DNA of 64,000 bases from Epithemia pelagica. Lineage: Eukaryota; Protista; Bacillariophyta. The stretch spans positions 1,054,001 through 1,118,000 of the forward strand of contig OX337228.1 of the NCBI GenBank assembly GCA_946965045.2, in the 5' to 3' direction. Numbering within the stretch: the first letter of the stretch is position 1; the number at the start of each line of letters is the position of its first letter. Under the pieces are notes generated by a model. The model had not been told where the DNA came from. It made no database searches and saw only the letters and a list, made by a program, of their open reading frames with translations. This document shows, piece after piece, positions 60,981 through 64,000 of this stretch. Position numbers and translations under genes: made by a program.

Positions 60981-63900
60981 TGGTGTGGCCGTCGACGTCC
61001 TGTCGATGTAGGCCTCCTTTTCCCGATAACCTCATTTCCCAGGAGGGATACCTGGGTTGATTTAGTTTGGTTGTTGCTTTGTGTTTTTTTGAGCGTGTTT
61101 TTCTCCTTGCATTTCTGTTCAATGATGCCCTGGGCCTTATCTTTCGTCACAATCTGGTTGCGAGAGGGAGGTCCGCGTGGTGGCTATTCTTCGTTCCCTT
61201 ATGCCACCTTTGGTCCCAACCAGATGCAACGACGACAACGGCGTTACAAGACTCGAATTTATCACGTGCGACGCCGGTTTACTACTAATATAATGGCCTT
61301 TGACTGCACAACGGATTCAACGGTTACATGGGCTGGTACGATTGACTGTCAACGGACCCCTTTTACTAAGGCCCGAGTGCCCTCTGTCCGAAGACGCGCG
61401 AGGCGAGATAAGAAACGAGCGCGAAGGCGACACAAGAAAACTACCAGACCAAAGAAAACTACGCATGACACCTATGATTTCAACTACCAAGGCATCTATG
61501 TCCCTACAACATGGACAATACAAGACGAGCCGCCTCTAGATCCAACATCAGAGCGACTATCTCGTTGGTTTGGGTCAGCTGAGGAGCTTCAGTCTGCAAT
61601 TTGGAAGCCATGGCTGAGCAAGGGGCCGGATCCATTGGCCCAGTTTCGTGCCATTCGAGCATTGAGTGGCTCAACATTCTCAAGATCTCGGTCACCCAAG
61701 CAACAAATGCAGCAAGCAATGATTGCCGCTGCCAAGTTAACCGGAAAATTGTCTCCTCGAACTGATCCTGAGTCCTTGTTGCCACCAGCATTGCAGCATT
61801 GCATGTCTGTCTATCTCAATGCAGCAGACGATGCAGACCTGCCCGTGGTGATCGATACAGGAGCATCCACATCGTTGACTCCTCGACTAGAAGACTTTGA
61901 TGGACCACTCAAAGATTGTGAGACCACTGAGCTGAATGGATTATCCAGCACAACAGCCGTGGTTGGAGTAGGAATGGCTGCCTGGACGTTAAGGGACGTG
62001 TTTGGTGTGGTCCGAACCATCCGAACACGGGCCTACTACGTTCCAGAGGCGCAGATACGCCTGTTTAGCCCCCAAACCTACTTCCAAGAGCAAGCTAAAG
62101 GCGAATTGTTGGTAAATGCCTTTCGTTCTCGATTGACTCTTCACGATGGGAGCGAACTGGAGTTCCCCTTTCATCCCAACAGTAACCTCCCTTTGATGCT
62201 CTCTGGACGACAAACCAAGATGGGCCTTGCCTTCGAAGACGTCATGGCCTTATCCAAAGAGTTTGATTGTCGTGGTCTTATGTCAGTGGCGGATGAAACA
62301 AATCAGAATGTCACCCAGGCGCAGAGAGAGCTATTGACCTGGCACTGGAAGTTAGGTCACGCTAATTTTGAATGGATCCAGGATTTGTGTCGCGATCCTA
62401 AAACGGATCGACGTCGAATTCTCCACACGAAGCATCGACAAGTGTCAAGTTGTCCTGTCAATGGTTTGCGCTGCGCAGCTTGTCAATTGGGCAAACAGAG
62501 GCGTCGTGGTGCTAATACCCAACATACGAACACGAAGGATGGTCGTCACATGGTCACTCGGTCAGAAAATCTTCGACCAGGTGACTGCGTTAGCCTTGAC
62601 CAGTATGACTCGACGCTAACTGGCCGTCTCCCTCACACAAGAGGAAAGGAACCCAAGAAAGATCAGTACACTGGCGGTACATTGTTTATAGATCATGCTA
62701 CAGGATTGATGCATTGTGTACATCAAGTCTCCCTAAACACTGGTGAAACCATCGAAGCCAAACTTCAATTCGAACGGTTTGCACAGGACCATGGAGTTAC
62801 AGTCAAATCGTATCTGGCGGATAATGCCCCTTTTGGCAATACCAAGTTTGTGGACGCAGTGAAAAATGCTGGTCAGTCCCTGTCGTTTTCTGGTGTGGGG
62901 GCCCATCACCAAAATGGTGTGGCCGAGCGTGGCGTCCGTACGGTAACCTCTTGGGCCCGTACTATGATGTTGCACGCAGTATTGCATTGGCCGGAGCACG
63001 CCCATGACCTAAGTCTATGGCCCTTCGCTCTCAATCATGCTATCTGGTTGTGGAATAATCTTCCCAAGCGAGGTTCCTTTATTGCCCCGCTGGAATTATT
63101 TTCCGGAACAGTTTTCCCTACCTTGGCCCATCTACATAGGATCCATGTTTGGGGTTGCCCAGTGTACGTTTTGGACCCTAAGATCCAAGACGGGAAGAAA
63201 CTTCCCAAGTGGTCGCCTCGTGCCCGTCGAGGGCAATATCTCGGAGTCTCTCCCGACCATTCTAGCACGGTGGGCTTAATTCTCAATATTTCTACCGGCT
63301 ATGTGAGTCCGCAATATCACGTCGTCTACGACGACCTCTTTTCAAGTGTCCCTAACGCCGAAACTGGCGGGGTCCTACAACAAGACATGTTCACAGGGTC
63401 CTTTTGGGACCATCTTGTGGCCTCTGGTCTGGAGCGGATTGACGATGGCGATTTTGACGACGAACAGCCTCAGCCACTACCCCTTCACCACGATTGGCTG
63501 ACCCCTGAGGAAGCCGATGCTCTTCGCCATCAACAAAATGACGCAGCTCGAATCAATCCCTTACCTTTGCCTCCTCCTCCCATCCCTGTTCCAGAGGGAG
63601 CTGCTGCTCCAGAGGAAGCTCTGGTGCCCTTGGCTCCAGAGGGAGATGACGACAGTGAGATTCAAGCGGATGGAGACCCCATTTTCCCTCACCTTTTTCC
63701 TTTGGATCACGTGGAGCCAAATCCACCAGCCGCTCCTCCAGATGACTTGATTCAACCTGTGGTGGATGGAATGTGGGACGGTCCCAACAACTCCACCATC
63801 GACTCTGGAGACGAAATTGTAATCTTCGAGCACGAGGAACAGGATGAGGAAGACCCAGTTCGCGCACAAGAGAAGTCAAGACGTGCGCAACATTTGGAAC

Positions 63901-64000
63901 AACCGGACGAGATGCACTTTGGTCGTGGAAAGCGCGCACGCAAACCTAATCCTAAGTACGCCTCGTACTCGCGTGAACGTTGGAAGGAGCACGCGCTCTT
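60981..64000 (+). CDS. Pol of element B (spacer, aspartic protease, integrase; RT beyond window), in frame with gag after a single UGA; absent from the ORF track because it runs off the window
   Basis: Hand translation is open from 60981 to 64000: VIDTGAS (PR); WHWKLGH..CAAC (HHCC); SLDQYD, LADN, NGVAER (DDE); RGQYLG..TGYVSPQYHVVYDD. Confidence 0.92.

Larger units (their letters stand above)
59042..64000 (+). mobile_element. Ty1/copia (CoDi-like) LTR retrotransposon B, truncated by window end
   Basis: 5' LTR, PBS, gag, then protease and integrase in copia order. Confidence 0.95.

Noticed and set aside
1-64000. Genome-wide UGA reassignment (several in-frame TGAs: both gags, kelch, Crinkler header)
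   Set aside because: Trp is encoded by TGG throughout, and TGA is the natural terminator of intact genes (e.g. Roco at 52043-52045, CRN-like at 7468-7470); one internal stop is TAA.
1-64000. tRNA, rRNA, snRNA, CRISPR or telomeric arrays
   Set aside because: No cloverleaf with A/B boxes, rRNA signature, regular repeat-spacer array or TTAGGG tract seen by eye.

Overview
Eukaryotic nuclear DNA, most likely a pennate diatom. Evidence: short GT-AG introns, bipartite plastid-targeting presequences, PGRL1, and diatom-type Ty1/copia elements. Two divergent copia LTR retrotransposons point out of the window, one at each end (1-2130 minus strand; 59042-64000 plus strand). In the right element gag and pol share one frame separated by a single UGA. 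Both elements carry the same context there (UCY-UGA-UGG-KGU-GGCC) followed by a stem-loop with identical basal architecture but different upper stems. This candidate programmed stop-codon readthrough signal is the strongest novelty here. Bases 2-20.5 kb form an accessory island: an MFS transporter, Crinkler/RHS-like P-loop NTPase(-nuclease) genes and pseudogenes, an inverted gene fragment, several MITE-like elements, an orphan ORF and a MULE-like transposase with a probably mutated catalytic Glu. Bases 20.8-58.7 kb hold core genes: ArfGAP-DENN-IQ protein, PX-AGC kinase, Myb-like protein, karyopherin-beta, kelch protein with an in-frame UGA, PGRL1, syntaxin-6-like SNARE (interrupted by a 200-N gap), LRR-ROC-COR-trypsin Roco protein, AMBRA1-like WD40 protein and an EF-hand MLO-like protein. 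All family calls are from motifs read by eye; no searches were run.
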